Assembly (NCBI GenBank): GCA_026004595.1
Contig: BPJL01000004.1
Span: 11,919 to 75,918 of the forward strand
DNA length: 64,000 nt
Reading direction: 5' to 3'
Source: Patescibacteria group bacterium
Lineage (GTDB): Bacteria; Patescibacteriota; WWE3; UBA101185; UBA10185
The translations under genes and the position numbers were made by a program. The notes under the pieces are model-generated. The model did no database searches. It had not been told where the DNA came from and was given only the letters and a program-made list of their open reading frames with translations. Shown one piece after another: positions 1 through 9,420 of the stretch (position 1 is its first letter; the number at the start of each line of letters is the position of its first letter).

Positions 1-654
1 AGGATTTTTTTCTCTCTCCTCTTCGTACATAGCGTAAAACTCACCCACAAAATGGTCCGGTTTTTTATCTGGCTCCTTGCCATTACCATATTTCAAGTAC
101 ATGAGCATACTCTTGCAAATGTGGATACCTATATCGCCCACGTAGTTTGTCCTAATAACCTTGTATCCGCAATGACTTAAAATTTTTGAAAGGGAAGATC
201 CTATGAAATTGTTTCGAGCATGTCCGACGTGTTGCGGCTTGTTAGTATTGGGCTGGGAATATTCAACTACAATAGTTTTTCCCTTGCCGAAATCGTTTGA
301 CCCATAGACATCTTCACAACCATTAATTATTAGGGTGTTTTGAAAAAGAAATAGTTCGGATAACGTAAAATTTATGAAACCAGGGGCGGCAGGTTCAATT
401 TTTACAAATATCGGATATATCTTGCCCTCAAATTCTACTTTTAGATTTTCAGAAAAGAGCTCATGTGAAAGCTCTGTAGCTATGTGAAAAGGTATTTTAT
501 CAAGAATTTTGGCAATCTTGAAAGCAACATTGGTAGAGTAGTCGCCGTGATCTTCATTCTCGGGGGCATCTACGCACACATCAATCTTATCTAACCCATA
601 GAGTTTATACACCGCTTCCGAAATCATTGATTCAATCCTGCTTTTTATGTCCAT
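1..654 (-). CDS. argS: Arginyl-tRNA synthetase, N-terminal part (runs off window start)
   Basis: Manual translation from ATG at 654: MDIKSRIES...HGDYSTNVAF...PGFINF...VVEYSQPNTNKPQHVGHARN (HIGH motif)...NYVGDIG. Confidence 0.95.
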   Translation of the reverse strand, partial: MDIKSRIESMISEAVYKLYGLDKIDVCVDAPENEDHGDYSTNVAFKIAKILDKIPFHIATELSHELFSENLKVEFEGKIYPIFVKIEPAAPGFINFTLSELFLFQNTLIINGCEDVYGSNDFGKGKTIVVEYSQPNTNKPQHVGHARNNFIGSSLSKILSHCGYKVIRTNYVGDIGIHICKSMLMYLKYGNGKEPDKKPDHFVGEFYAMYEEEREKNP

Positions 655-674
655 AGACAAGAGCATAATATCAT

Positions 675-1505
675 TCATCTAGACCTTACCACAACATTGC
701 CCGCAAGGTCGGTTCTAATGACACTGCAACCCAGCTCCTCCAGTGTCTCCACAACTGACAGGGAGGGGTGGCCAAACTTGTTGTCAGCACCGACAGATAT
801 TACACAAACACGAGGCTTTAGCCGCGACACCAAAGTCTTATTTAGGCCGTTTTTGGCTCCGTGATGGGCTATTTTGAGCACATCCAATCTGCCGTCAATT
901 TCCTTTTCTAGCTCGTCCAGATCAATCCTTCCCTGCGCCTCCATTTCAAGATCTCCCAAAAACAGCCCCTCAAAATCGCTGTATTTTATAAAAACAGCAA
1001 CAGATGCATTATTTATATTTTTTGGCATTTCATCCAAATTACCGAACGGTACAAGCATTTTAATTTTCACTCTGTTAACAATAAATTCTTCACCGTCAAA
1101 AGTTTTTTTAACTGAATTTTTGACAAAATATTTTCTGTTTTCGGGCAGGGCACCCTCAGACAAAATAACGTCGTTATATCTAAATATGACAAAGTTACAC
1201 CTTTCCCAAATCCGCCTCAAACCTACAAAATGATCATCATGTGCATGACTCAAGACTACGATCGGCAATGAACATCCCAGGCCCATTCTGTCCAATATGT
1301 AAGGATCCGCTGTGTAATCTGCTCCCCCATCAATAAGAGCAACGGGCTTTCCATTCATCTCAATGTAAATACCATCTCCTTGTCCCACATCTATAATATG
1401 AAAACGTAAACCGGGATTTCTAAGAGAAGCGGCGCCAATAATTACCTGAAAAATAAGAAGATATGAAACTGCAAAAAACAAGGGAAAACCAAGAAACCCC
1501 CTCAT
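675..1505 (-). CDS. comEC: ComEC C-terminal metallo-beta-lactamase-fold nuclease as a separate gene
   Basis: DVGQGD, SHAHDDH, NNAS, GDLE, LKIAHHG, ISVGADNKFGHP, RTDLAG motifs; likely start MRGFLG at 1505 overlaps the upstream stop (ATGA). Confidence 0.9.
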   Translation of the reverse strand: MRGFLGFPLFFAVSYLLIFQVIIGAASLRNPGLRFHIIDVGQGDGIYIEMNGKPVALIDGGADYTADPYILDRMGLGCSLPIVVLSHAHDDHFVGLRRIWERCNFVIFRYNDVILSEGALPENRKYFVKNSVKKTFDGEEFIVNRVKIKMLVPFGNLDEMPKNINNASVAVFIKYSDFEGLFLGDLEMEAQGRIDLDELEKEIDGRLDVLKIAHHGAKNGLNKTLVSRLKPRVCVISVGADNKFGHPSLSVVETLEELGCSVIRTDLAGNVVVRSR

Positions 1506-2581
1506 CCCAATCTCTCCCTTTTTCTCACAATCCAAACTACTAAAATTAACAACATCAGATAGTATCCTGTCATACCCCACCAAGGCATTTTCCAAGCCAC
1601 ACTAGCAATTTCAAACCTTGAAAAATAGTTCACAACCCTTACGAAAAAATCGCAGAACGGAAAGCACAAAAGCCATATAAGACCCCCGGGCAGGATAAGG
1701 GCCGGAATTCCTAAAATAGTTGTTATGGGAACCATCCAAAGAACCAAGGCATTCACCAACAAGCTAATCAAACTTACCTGCCCAAAGACACCGCTTATCA
1801 AAGGCCACACCGTAATCTGCGCAGCAAGACTGGACGAAAAGTCGCTAAAGATTGCTGTCTTTTTTTTAAATAACTTCTCAAAAAACTTCTCTATCGGATC
1901 AGCAAAAACAACCAAACCAAGCGTAGCCAAAAAACTTAAATAGGTGCTCATACTGAAAAAATTTCCAGGGTTAATAAGCAGAACAACAAAATATGAAACA
2001 ACCAGCAGCCTAAGAGTATTCAAAAGACGGCCCGAATACTTCCCCACCAACATAAAAGAAGACATCACCCACGCCCTTAAAACAGGGGGCTCAAAGCCTG
2101 TAAAGGCGGCGTAAACAAGGGTGGACAAAATTGTAAGGAGCAGATTCCCAATTTTGTACGGACTTCCAAAAATTTTTAGGGCATATCCTGCAACCAAACT
2201 CATGTTAAACCCCGAAACAACAACAACATGAATCGTACCAGTCCTTTTTAGGGCATTTTTGAAGCGTGGCGACATTGAAAGATCATCAACGCCAATTGTC
2301 ATCCCCAGAATAAGCTCGCTGTGGGGACTGGGCAGAAAAGATCGGGCTTTTGCCGAAAGCCGTTCTTTTATCGGATCAAAAAATTTGAAGGGGTCCCTTT
2401 CTTGTTTCGCGTTACAGGAGAACACTCCCCCTTGAGGTGCGCAATAATTCAAAACCCTAACCATGGCGGCAATAATAATAAGGGAAAGACCGAGGTTATA
2501 TTTCAGAATACTCACTGCCAAATTATTTCCCGAACATTCCTGAACGGAAATATGTTTTGGATTCTGAACATTCCCGCTCAA
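1502..2581 (-). CDS. comEC: ComEC/Rec2 membrane (Competence) domain protein
   Basis: GTIHVVVVSGFN, PPVLRA, LSFLATLGL motifs; multiple TM segments; start uncertain. Confidence 0.9.
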   Translation of the reverse strand: MSGNVQNPKHISVQECSGNNLAVSILKYNLGLSLIIIAAMVRVLNYCAPQGGVFSCNAKQERDPFKFFDPIKERLSAKARSFLPSPHSELILGMTIGVDDLSMSPRFKNALKRTGTIHVVVVSGFNMSLVAGYALKIFGSPYKIGNLLLTILSTLVYAAFTGFEPPVLRAWVMSSFMLVGKYSGRLLNTLRLLVVSYFVVLLINPGNFFSMSTYLSFLATLGLVVFADPIEKFFEKLFKKKTAIFSDFSSSLAAQITVWPLISGVFGQVSLISLLVNALVLWMVPITTILGIPALILPGGLIWLLCFPFCDFFVRVVNYFSRFEIASVAWKMPWWGMTGYYLMLLILVVWIVRKRERLG

Positions 2582-2607
2582 AAATTAATTCCCTTACAAT
2601 CCCGCAT

Positions 2608-3243
2608 TTAGAACGCAATTAAATCTTTTATTTTCTCGTAAACAGAGTTAGAGAGACCCGATTTTTGCTTAAACTCCTCTACTCCGGTATAGGGGCGGTT
2701 CGCGATTATCTTTCCGGCATAAACTTCGCCTATTCCGGGAAGGGCGTCAAGCTCTTCAAAAGTGGCTTCGTTGATATTCACTTTGCCGCTGTCATTGGAA
2801 GGAGTCGGTAAAGACGACAAGGAGGATGAACTTTGCGACGTGCCTGAGTCGCCCGGAATTGAAAAAATACTCACGAAAGCTCCCTTTGACAACTCGCTAT
2901 ATCCTAAAAATTCAGATGGTATAAAAACTTTCTGCTCATCCTTAAGAACTTGAGAAAGGTTTAGATTTTTGCTGACCCATTTGTAATCATAATCAGAAGT
3001 AAAGTCCCCTGCCATCTTTATAAGATCCATGATTCGCGAGTTTTTCTTCAAGCTATACACTCCGGGATTAGCAACTGCCCCGGCTATTTCTACACTTATT
3101 TCTTCATCCTCTTCGCATACTTTTTCTGCGCCCTGTCCTATACCTTCTTCAGCGTTAAAAATAGATAGGCATTGAGAAACAAGATACCCCGCAATGAAGG
3201 ACAAAAATATAAATAATACAAATTTAGAACCTTTTGGGAACAC
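2608..3243 (-). CDS. comEA: ComEA DNA receptor (TM, SLBB, HhH)
   Basis: VEIAGAVANPGVY, NLSQVLKDEQKVFIP, KVNINEAT..ELDALPGIG. Confidence 0.92.
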   Translation of the reverse strand: MFPKGSKFVLFIFLSFIAGYLVSQCLSIFNAEEGIGQGAEKVCEEDEEISVEIAGAVANPGVYSLKKNSRIMDLIKMAGDFTSDYDYKWVSKNLNLSQVLKDEQKVFIPSEFLGYSELSKGAFVSIFSIPGDSGTSQSSSSLSSLPTPSNDSGKVNINEATFEELDALPGIGEVYAGKIIANRPYTGVEEFKQKSGLSNSVYEKIKDLIAF

Positions 3244-3317
3244 GACAAATGTTAACTCCGGGTTGAAGAAACATAAATATCAGATAGTCTATTTTCACTA
3301 GAAGTGCATCACTGTAT

Positions 3318-3402
3318 ATTAACCGCAAAATTACCGCATGAAAATGGCTCCAATAGTGGTATAAGATGTTCATTTATATTAATTACCGCATAATAAACGC
3401 AT
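3318..3402. promoter_or_regulatory. Two pairs of 11-bp direct repeats (AATTACCGCAT-like), putative operator upstream of comEA
   Basis: attaaccgcaa 3318, aattaccgcat 3329, aattaccgcat 3381, aataaacgcat 3392. Confidence 0.5.
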
Positions 3403-3476
3403 GGATATGAAGTCAGAAAAAGAATAAAAACAACACAAACAAAAAGGATTAATTAGGGGAAGCTTGGGGTGAAAAA

Positions 3477-3794
3477 TTATTCTTCCAAGGATCTCAATAG
3501 TATGTCTCTAAAAACCTTGCTTCTATTTAAATCCCTTAATAATGCAACAAAACGAGTCTCATTTATTCTGTAGTAAACTTCCCTTCCCTTCTTATCATTC
3601 TTTAAAAAACCTAAAGATGCCAAGACTCTAAGATGGTGAGACGCCAAATTTTCCTCTACATTTAACTTATCAGCAACCTCCGACACATTTTTTTCACCGG
3701 AGCTTAAATACTGAATAATTTTGAGACGATTCTTGTCGGCTAAAGCTTTTGATACTTTTTCCAGCATCATAATACCCGGAATATACATCATCAT
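3477..3794 (-). CDS. ArsR/SmtB-family winged-helix regulator
   Basis: KALADKNRLKII..L...EKNVSEVA..L......SHHLRVL...G......GREVYY. Confidence 0.9.
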   Translation of the reverse strand: MMMYIPGIMMLEKVSKALADKNRLKIIQYLSSGEKNVSEVADKLNVEENLASHHLRVLASLGFLKNDKKGREVYYRINETRFVALLRDLNRSKVFRDILLRSLEE

Positions 3795-3804
3795 TTAAAA
3801 TATT

Positions 3805-5323
3805 TCAAGGTTTGTCATTCTTTACCCTATATTGTATGGCTTCTGCAACGTGCCGCGCTGAAATTATAACTTCCCCACTCATGTCGGCAATCGTACGGGA
3901 CACCGCCTTTATCCTATGAACCGACCTCGTAGAAAGATTAAATTTTGCGGTTGCCATTTCTAGCAGAGCCGCCGCTTCTTTATTCAGCTCACACACACCA
4001 TCTATTTTGTCAAAAGGTATTCGAGAGTTATACATGGAACCTGTGAAAATAAACCTTTTCCTTTGAGCTTCGACCGCATTTTTTATTTGACTTCTTATAT
4101 CCATAGAGGTGCTAAGTCTTTCAGCCTGACCTCTGACAGCATCTTTGGGTGACCCATAAACATAAGTAAGAAGATCAAACCTCTCAAGCAACGATGGACT
4201 TATTCTTGAATTGTAGGTGTTGAGATCTCCCCGTGTGCACTTGCATTGTTTCTCATGCGATCCTGCCAAACCACACATACAATTATTCGCTGCGCCTATT
4301 AGTAAAAAATCGGCGGGATACCGAACAGGAAAGCCTTTGTAATTGAACCCCACCTCTCTTCTATCAATGATGGTCTTGAGTGAGTTTAAAACCTTGCCGG
4401 GATAAAGATGCATTTCGTCAAGAAACAATATTCCTCCGTGTGCCAAAGTGACTTCTCCAGGATGTTCAGCATTCCCCACTATTTCCGATTCTTTTGCGGA
4501 TATGTGGGGTCTTCTGTAAGGAGTTTTCGCAACATCTTCTATCGTGGTTCCGCATAGAGCCGCAGCTTTCATCCTTTCAATAATTACTTCCCTCCCCGTC
4601 GCAGTCATAAGGCCGGGGCATTTACCGGCCAATAGAGACTTTCCTGTTCCCGATGGGCCCAGCAATAAAATGTTATGCATCCCCGCCATGCTTATTACTA
4701 AAGCCCTTTTCGCGCACTCATTTCCAATAACATCTTCTAGGTTTTCCATTTCCTGCACAGGTGCACCGTCCAAAACACATGACACAAGATGACATTTAGA
4801 TCCTTTAACTTCTCTGTTGCTGAAAAATATATCTCTCGCCTCACATAGAGAGGAGATTTCAAAAAAATTCAAGTCCGCTATCCTCTCCGGTGAAAAAATA
4901 CGAACCCTTGGGCAGAAAAATTCTAGCCCCTCTTCCCACCGACCACATATCATCTAGAAAAATAGTTTTTGCAGAGGGGGTCAAAAAACCCGAGGAGTCC
5001 AAACCTCCATAGAAAAATTCCGATGATCCAGAAACACGCCCCATTTGAACAAATAAAATACCCATAGCTATTGTAAACTCTATATCTACAATATCATTTA
5101 GGATGCGGGGAGGAGTGATATTTAGCATAATTTTCTTGTTCGGAAATGGAATTTCAGAATTTCCGAATGCGGTTCTAATCTTTTTGATACTTTTCAGCCA
5201 GCCACTTCCCCTCACACCCACCACGTCCACTCTAGGAATGCCCCTTTCTGAAATAGTCACCTCAATCTCCAAATCTATAACCTCAGTTCCCCTAAACGCA
5301 AAGGATTTTAGCTTACAGTACAT
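3805..5323 (-). CDS. comM: ComM/YifB Mg-chelatase-like AAA+ helicase, interrupted by a +1 frameshift in a T7 run (4861-4867)
   Basis: N-part (EVTISERGIP...NKKIMLNITP) joins C-part (HNILLLGPSGTGKS, RRPH, PGEVTLAHGGILFLDE, HVAEAIQYR) if one T is removed: GLEFF|EISSL. Confidence 0.85.
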
Positions 5324-6182
5324 AATAAATCCCTTCCTTTTCGCCTATCTCACCCCTTATAAGCATGTTAGAAAGCACCAGGTTAATATCAAATAATTGA
5401 ACACCGAGAATGGCCAACAAGTTATCATAATTTTTCTCTCCCTGTGCAAGAATACTTAAAATTGCGCGTTCTGTGGATTTAAAATTAGCTTCACCCCCAG
5501 AACTGCCATTATTTAATACTTTTCCTGCTGACTCCAGACCTATCTCCTTTAAAAAATACTCCGGGGACACGTAAATCCTAGCCCCCCTTGCAATCAAAAC
5601 ATTTGTACCTTTTGATCTCTCCATATAGATATCTCCGGGAACGCAAAATACCTTTCTTCCGTATTTGAATCCGTACCCTGCTGTAATCATTGAACCGCTT
5701 TTCAGCGACGCTTCCACTACAAGTAAAAACTTTGACAATGCCGCGATAATTCTATTCCGTTTCGGATAGGTCCATCTTCGGGGCTGGAAGCCGTTTTCAA
5801 ACTCCGATATAACAGCCCCTCCTCCGTCTATTATTCTCTTATACAGGTTCCTGTTCTCAGACGGGTGAACAACATCGCACCCGCACGGCATTACGGCAAT
5901 AGTTTTGCAACCCGAATCCAAAGCCATTCTATGAGCGAGGGAATCAACACCAGCAGTAAACCCTGAAATAACCACAACATCCGTTTCTTTAAGAAAATAA
6001 AAAAGTTCGCGCAAAACCCTAATTCCATAGGAAGAAACCCTTCTACTTCCTACAACACCAAGCCCACACCTCTCCAAGTTCCTTGGAAGCTCCCCCATCA
6101 AATACAGTTTATGCGGAAATCCTTTACACTCCTTTATATATTCGGGAAACTCTGAGGATCCAAAATCTAAAACCTTGCTCAT
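5313..6182 (-). CDS. dprA: DNA-processing protein DprA
   Basis: VVGSRRVSSYG, ISGFTAGVDSLAH, RNRIIAAL, VVEASLKSGSMITA, VPGDI. Confidence 0.95.
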   Translation of the reverse strand: MSKVLDFGSSEFPEYIKECKGFPHKLYLMGELPRNLERCGLGVVGSRRVSSYGIRVLRELFYFLKETDVVVISGFTAGVDSLAHRMALDSGCKTIAVMPCGCDVVHPSENRNLYKRIIDGGGAVISEFENGFQPRRWTYPKRNRIIAALSKFLLVVEASLKSGSMITAGYGFKYGRKVFCVPGDIYMERSKGTNVLIARGARIYVSPEYFLKEIGLESAGKVLNNGSSGGEANFKSTERAILSILAQGEKNYDNLLAILGVQLFDINLVLSNMLIRGEIGEKEGIYYVL

Positions 6183-6267
6183 CGCGTTTAATATGTAACA
6201 GAGCAAAAAAATAACAAGTTGTTAATTTCTAAGAAAAGTAGAAAATACTATCTGATATAATGCGGAT

Positions 6268-6942
6268 ATGGAAAAAATGCTGAGCATAGAGGAACTCATA
6301 AAAAAAGCCCAGACTATGGGAGTAGATTTTGGAAGGGGAGATCCCTACAACAGATTAAGATACTACACCAAAATAGGTTGGCTTCCTCACATGACAAGAC
6401 AAAGGGATAAAGATGGTAATATCCGTGGCCACTACCCCGAGTCGGTGCTCAGTCAACTTATCACAATAGAAAAATTAAAAGAGGCGGGGGCAAGCAATGA
6501 CGAAATAGCGAAACAAATTGAGATCAAAAGTAAGTACACCAACCTAATAAACCTTATAAAATCCAAGGAGGTTAGAAATCAAATAATTTCGTACTCCACC
6601 CTATTGCTATTACTTGTAATTTTCGCCAACGAGCTAGGGCTCGTTAACTTAGGACAGCATAAATCGAGCATAATTGAAGCATTTTCATCAGCCAGCGAAA
6701 CGCCGCAAACATTAGAAATTATGGCTTCCGGAGAAGGTATAGTGCCTAAAGGACGCTCGTCTGTATTTATCAAAGAAGAAAAAGTTGCGCCCGGTGCAAA
6801 AATATATGTCACTTTTACCCAAAACTTCTCCCCCGCCACAGCCTATTGGGTAACCAACGTGAGACCGGGTGAGGGTTTTGAACTAAAGCTTGACGCACCG
6901 GTATACTACAATGCAACTTTTAACTGGTGGACATCAAGATAG
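6268..6942 (+). CDS. MerR-like HTH + transmembrane helix + C-terminal beta domain protein
   Basis: RLRYYTKIGWLP...GHYPE...LKEAGASNDEI (MerR HTH); hydrophobic STLLLLLVIF; beta-rich C-terminus. Confidence 0.65.
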   Translation: MEKMLSIEELIKKAQTMGVDFGRGDPYNRLRYYTKIGWLPHMTRQRDKDGNIRGHYPESVLSQLITIEKLKEAGASNDEIAKQIEIKSKYTNLINLIKSKEVRNQIISYSTLLLLLVIFANELGLVNLGQHKSSIIEAFSSASETPQTLEIMASGEGIVPKGRSSVFIKEEKVAPGAKIYVTFTQNFSPATAYWVTNVRPGEGFELKLDAPVYYNATFNWWTSR

Positions 6943-7024
6943 CGTAAAAACAATAAAAACCGCTTGCGTTCCCTTTACGAGAATACCCCTTGACAACACT
7001 AATGTTTGTGTGCAGACTTTATTC

Positions 7025-9241
7025 ATGAACAAAAACAATAATTTGACCCTCATACTTGATGTAATATCAAAAGCTATACTGGTTTACATATTGCCGTTCC
7101 TTGTACCAATTTTCTTCTTGCCGCTCACAACAGAATTCTTTGAGATGAATAAGCTAACCCTTATAATTCTCTGTACAATACTCTTAACCATAATTTGGGC
7201 AGTAAAACTCATGATCGGCCAAAAGTTGGAGGTGGTAAAATCTATCATTGATTTCCCTTTAGTGATATTCACAGCAGTTTATGCCTTAGCTACGGTCTTT
7301 TCCATAAACAAAACGGTAAGCATATTTGGAAGTCAAGGAAGATGGCTCGGACTATTCTCCACTTTAGTATTTATTGTCTACTATTATGTAGCTACACCTT
7401 TGTACAGAAATCCGAAATCCATTAAAAGGGCTCTTTATGCTTTCATAGCCGGCACCGGGATTTCAACTTTGGTTTCCTTGTTGGCTTACTTCAATATCTT
7501 CATTTCCTCGGCTCCCTACGCTAAAATGCAAAACTTCTCTTTATATGGATCAAACGTTCAGACAGCAATGTTTGCGGCTCTGACTATTGTTATGTCACTA
7601 GTGCTTATCGCATATGAGAAAAATCCGATAATAAAAATCGGACTTGTGGGAATGACTATACTTAATATCTTCTTCGTTGCGCTAACGAGCGCTTTGGTTG
7701 CGTGGGCTGTATTGATAGTAGGAATTTTGGGGATGGTGTTTTACGTTGATCTTTCGAAAATATTCAAAGATGGGGTCTACTACCTTGCAGTTTTAGGTAC
7801 AACTGCAGCAATTGCAATAGTGTTTTTGGTGCCCACAACCAGAAATGTTTTGATAAATCCAAACTATCCAAAAGAACTAAGTCTACCAGCAAGAGAAAGC
7901 TGGGTCGTGGCTTCTTCCACAATCCAAAACTTCCCTCTTCTCGCGACAGGGCCAGCAACGTTTCAGACTAATTTCACACGCTTCAGACCAATAACTCTAA
8001 ACTCCACAGATTTTTGGAACATAAGATTTGATATTCCCTTCAATGAGGTATTTAACATAATCTCGACGGTCGGAATACTCGGTCTTATCGCCTCTATATT
8101 CTTAGCATCAAGAATTATGAAACTGGCCAATCAGATAAAGTTTACTGATAATCAGGAAGGGCTTACGGAAGTTCTCAGTCTTTCCCTTATGGCTATGCTG
8201 GCTTCTTTTGTGTTTATACACGCTAATGTTGCCTCGGTATTTGTGCTTTTCACACTACTCTCTCTTCTTATAGCTGCACACACAAGCATAGACGAACACA
8301 GTAAAGTTGCTCAGGTATCAACAATAGGACCAACAGACATTCAAGCAGTTGCCTCTCTTGGCGAAAGCTCAGCCATTAATAAAGAGTACTCAAAATTCAT
8401 ATTTGGGGGTGCAATAATACTGGCTGTTGTCTACGGTGGATATCTCTGGAGTCGCAACTATATGGGTGAATACTACATGAGACGGGCTATTCTTGCTCTG
8501 GTTAATAATGATGGTAGAGAAACGTACGAAAACCAAAGAAAAGCAATCAGAGCCAACCCGTCCAGAGACACCTATTACAATTCATTCGCCCAAACAGATC
8601 TTGCTCTGGCTAACAGTTTGGCAGGAAAAGAGAACCTTACAGACGTTGACAAACAAACAATACAGAGCTTGATTTCCGAAGCCATAGCCACAACAAGAAT
8701 AACAACCGAGGTAATAAATCCTCTGAGCGCAGCCAACTGGGAGATGAGAGCGTTGATTTATCGAAGTATTATAAATGTGGCAGACAACGCTTCTGAATGG
8801 GCTGTAGGGGCTTATAACACCGCTATACAGCTTGACCCAACAAACCCGAGATTGAGATTGGAACTTGGCGGAATGTACTACGCAATGAAAGATTATGTAT
8901 CAGCTGCAAATCAATTCAGACAAGCTTTTGCTTTGAAAGGTGACTATGCCAATGCCTACTACAACTTTGGACAAGCAATGATGCAGCTTAACGACTTTCA
9001 GAGCGCAAAACAAGCCTTTGAAGTAACTAAAACTTTGATTCCGGCAGATTCGGAAGACATGAAAATACTTGAAAAGGACCTCGCGGCTGTAAATGAAAAA
9101 ATCAAGGCGGCTGGAACTCCAACTGAGGCAAAACCGACCGTAGAACAAATATCAGCTACGCAAAAGCAAGAACCAGTGGAACAAGAGCCCTTGACTAAAG
9201 TAGGAGAAGAAGAACCAATCAAGGCTCTCCCCAGACCATAG
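7025..9241 (+). CDS. Polytopic membrane protein (O-antigen ligase/oligosaccharyltransferase-like) with C-terminal TPRs
   Basis: About 12 TM segments, ATGPATF and FNEVFNIISTVGILG (Wzy_C-like); TPRs AYNTAIQLDPTNP, YANAYYNFG; start at 7025 follows TTGACA-17-CAGACT. Confidence 0.7.
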   Translation: MNKNNNLTLILDVISKAILVYILPFLVPIFFLPLTTEFFEMNKLTLIILCTILLTIIWAVKLMIGQKLEVVKSIIDFPLVIFTAVYALATVFSINKTVSIFGSQGRWLGLFSTLVFIVYYYVATPLYRNPKSIKRALYAFIAGTGISTLVSLLAYFNIFISSAPYAKMQNFSLYGSNVQTAMFAALTIVMSLVLIAYEKNPIIKIGLVGMTILNIFFVALTSALVAWAVLIVGILGMVFYVDLSKIFKDGVYYLAVLGTTAAIAIVFLVPTTRNVLINPNYPKELSLPARESWVVASSTIQNFPLLATGPATFQTNFTRFRPITLNSTDFWNIRFDIPFNEVFNIISTVGILGLIASIFLASRIMKLANQIKFTDNQEGLTEVLSLSLMAMLASFVFIHANVASVFVLFTLLSLLIAAHTSIDEHSKVAQVSTIGPTDIQAVASLGESSAINKEYSKFIFGGAIILAVVYGGYLWSRNYMGEYYMRRAILALVNNDGRETYENQRKAIRANPSRDTYYNSFAQTDLALANSLAGKENLTDVDKQTIQSLISEAIATTRITTEVINPLSAANWEMRALIYRSIINVADNASEWAVGAYNTAIQLDPTNPRLRLELGGMYYAMKDYVSAANQFRQAFALKGDYANAYYNFGQAMMQLNDFQSAKQAFEVTKTLIPADSEDMKILEKDLAAVNEKIKAAGTPTEAKPTVEQISATQKQEPVEQEPLTKVGEEEPIKALPRP

Positions 9242-9260
9242 GTTTTAACAGCTTAAAAGA

Positions 9261-9291
9261 AAAGAAACCCCGCATAGCGGGGTTTCTTTTT
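9261..9291. terminator. Bidirectional intrinsic terminator
   Basis: aaagaaaccccgc ata gcggggtttctttt between convergent genes. Confidence 0.9.
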
Positions 9292-9303
9292 ATGTTTTTC
9301 AAT

Positions 9304-9379
9304 TGGTGGACCGTAGGAGATTCGAACTCCTGACCTCTTCCATGCCATGGAAGCGCTCTACCAACTAAGCTAACGGCCC
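9304..9379 (-). tRNA. tRNA-Ala(GGC)
   Basis: GGGCCGTTAGCTTAGTTGGTAGAGCG CTTCC ATGGCAT GGAAG AGGTCAGGAGTTCGAATCTCCTACGGTCCACCA; G3.U70 pair, CCA end. Confidence 0.97.
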
Positions 9380-9420
9380 AAAATCTTGACTAGGCCAACG
9401 CAAGTGCAAAAAGTATTATA

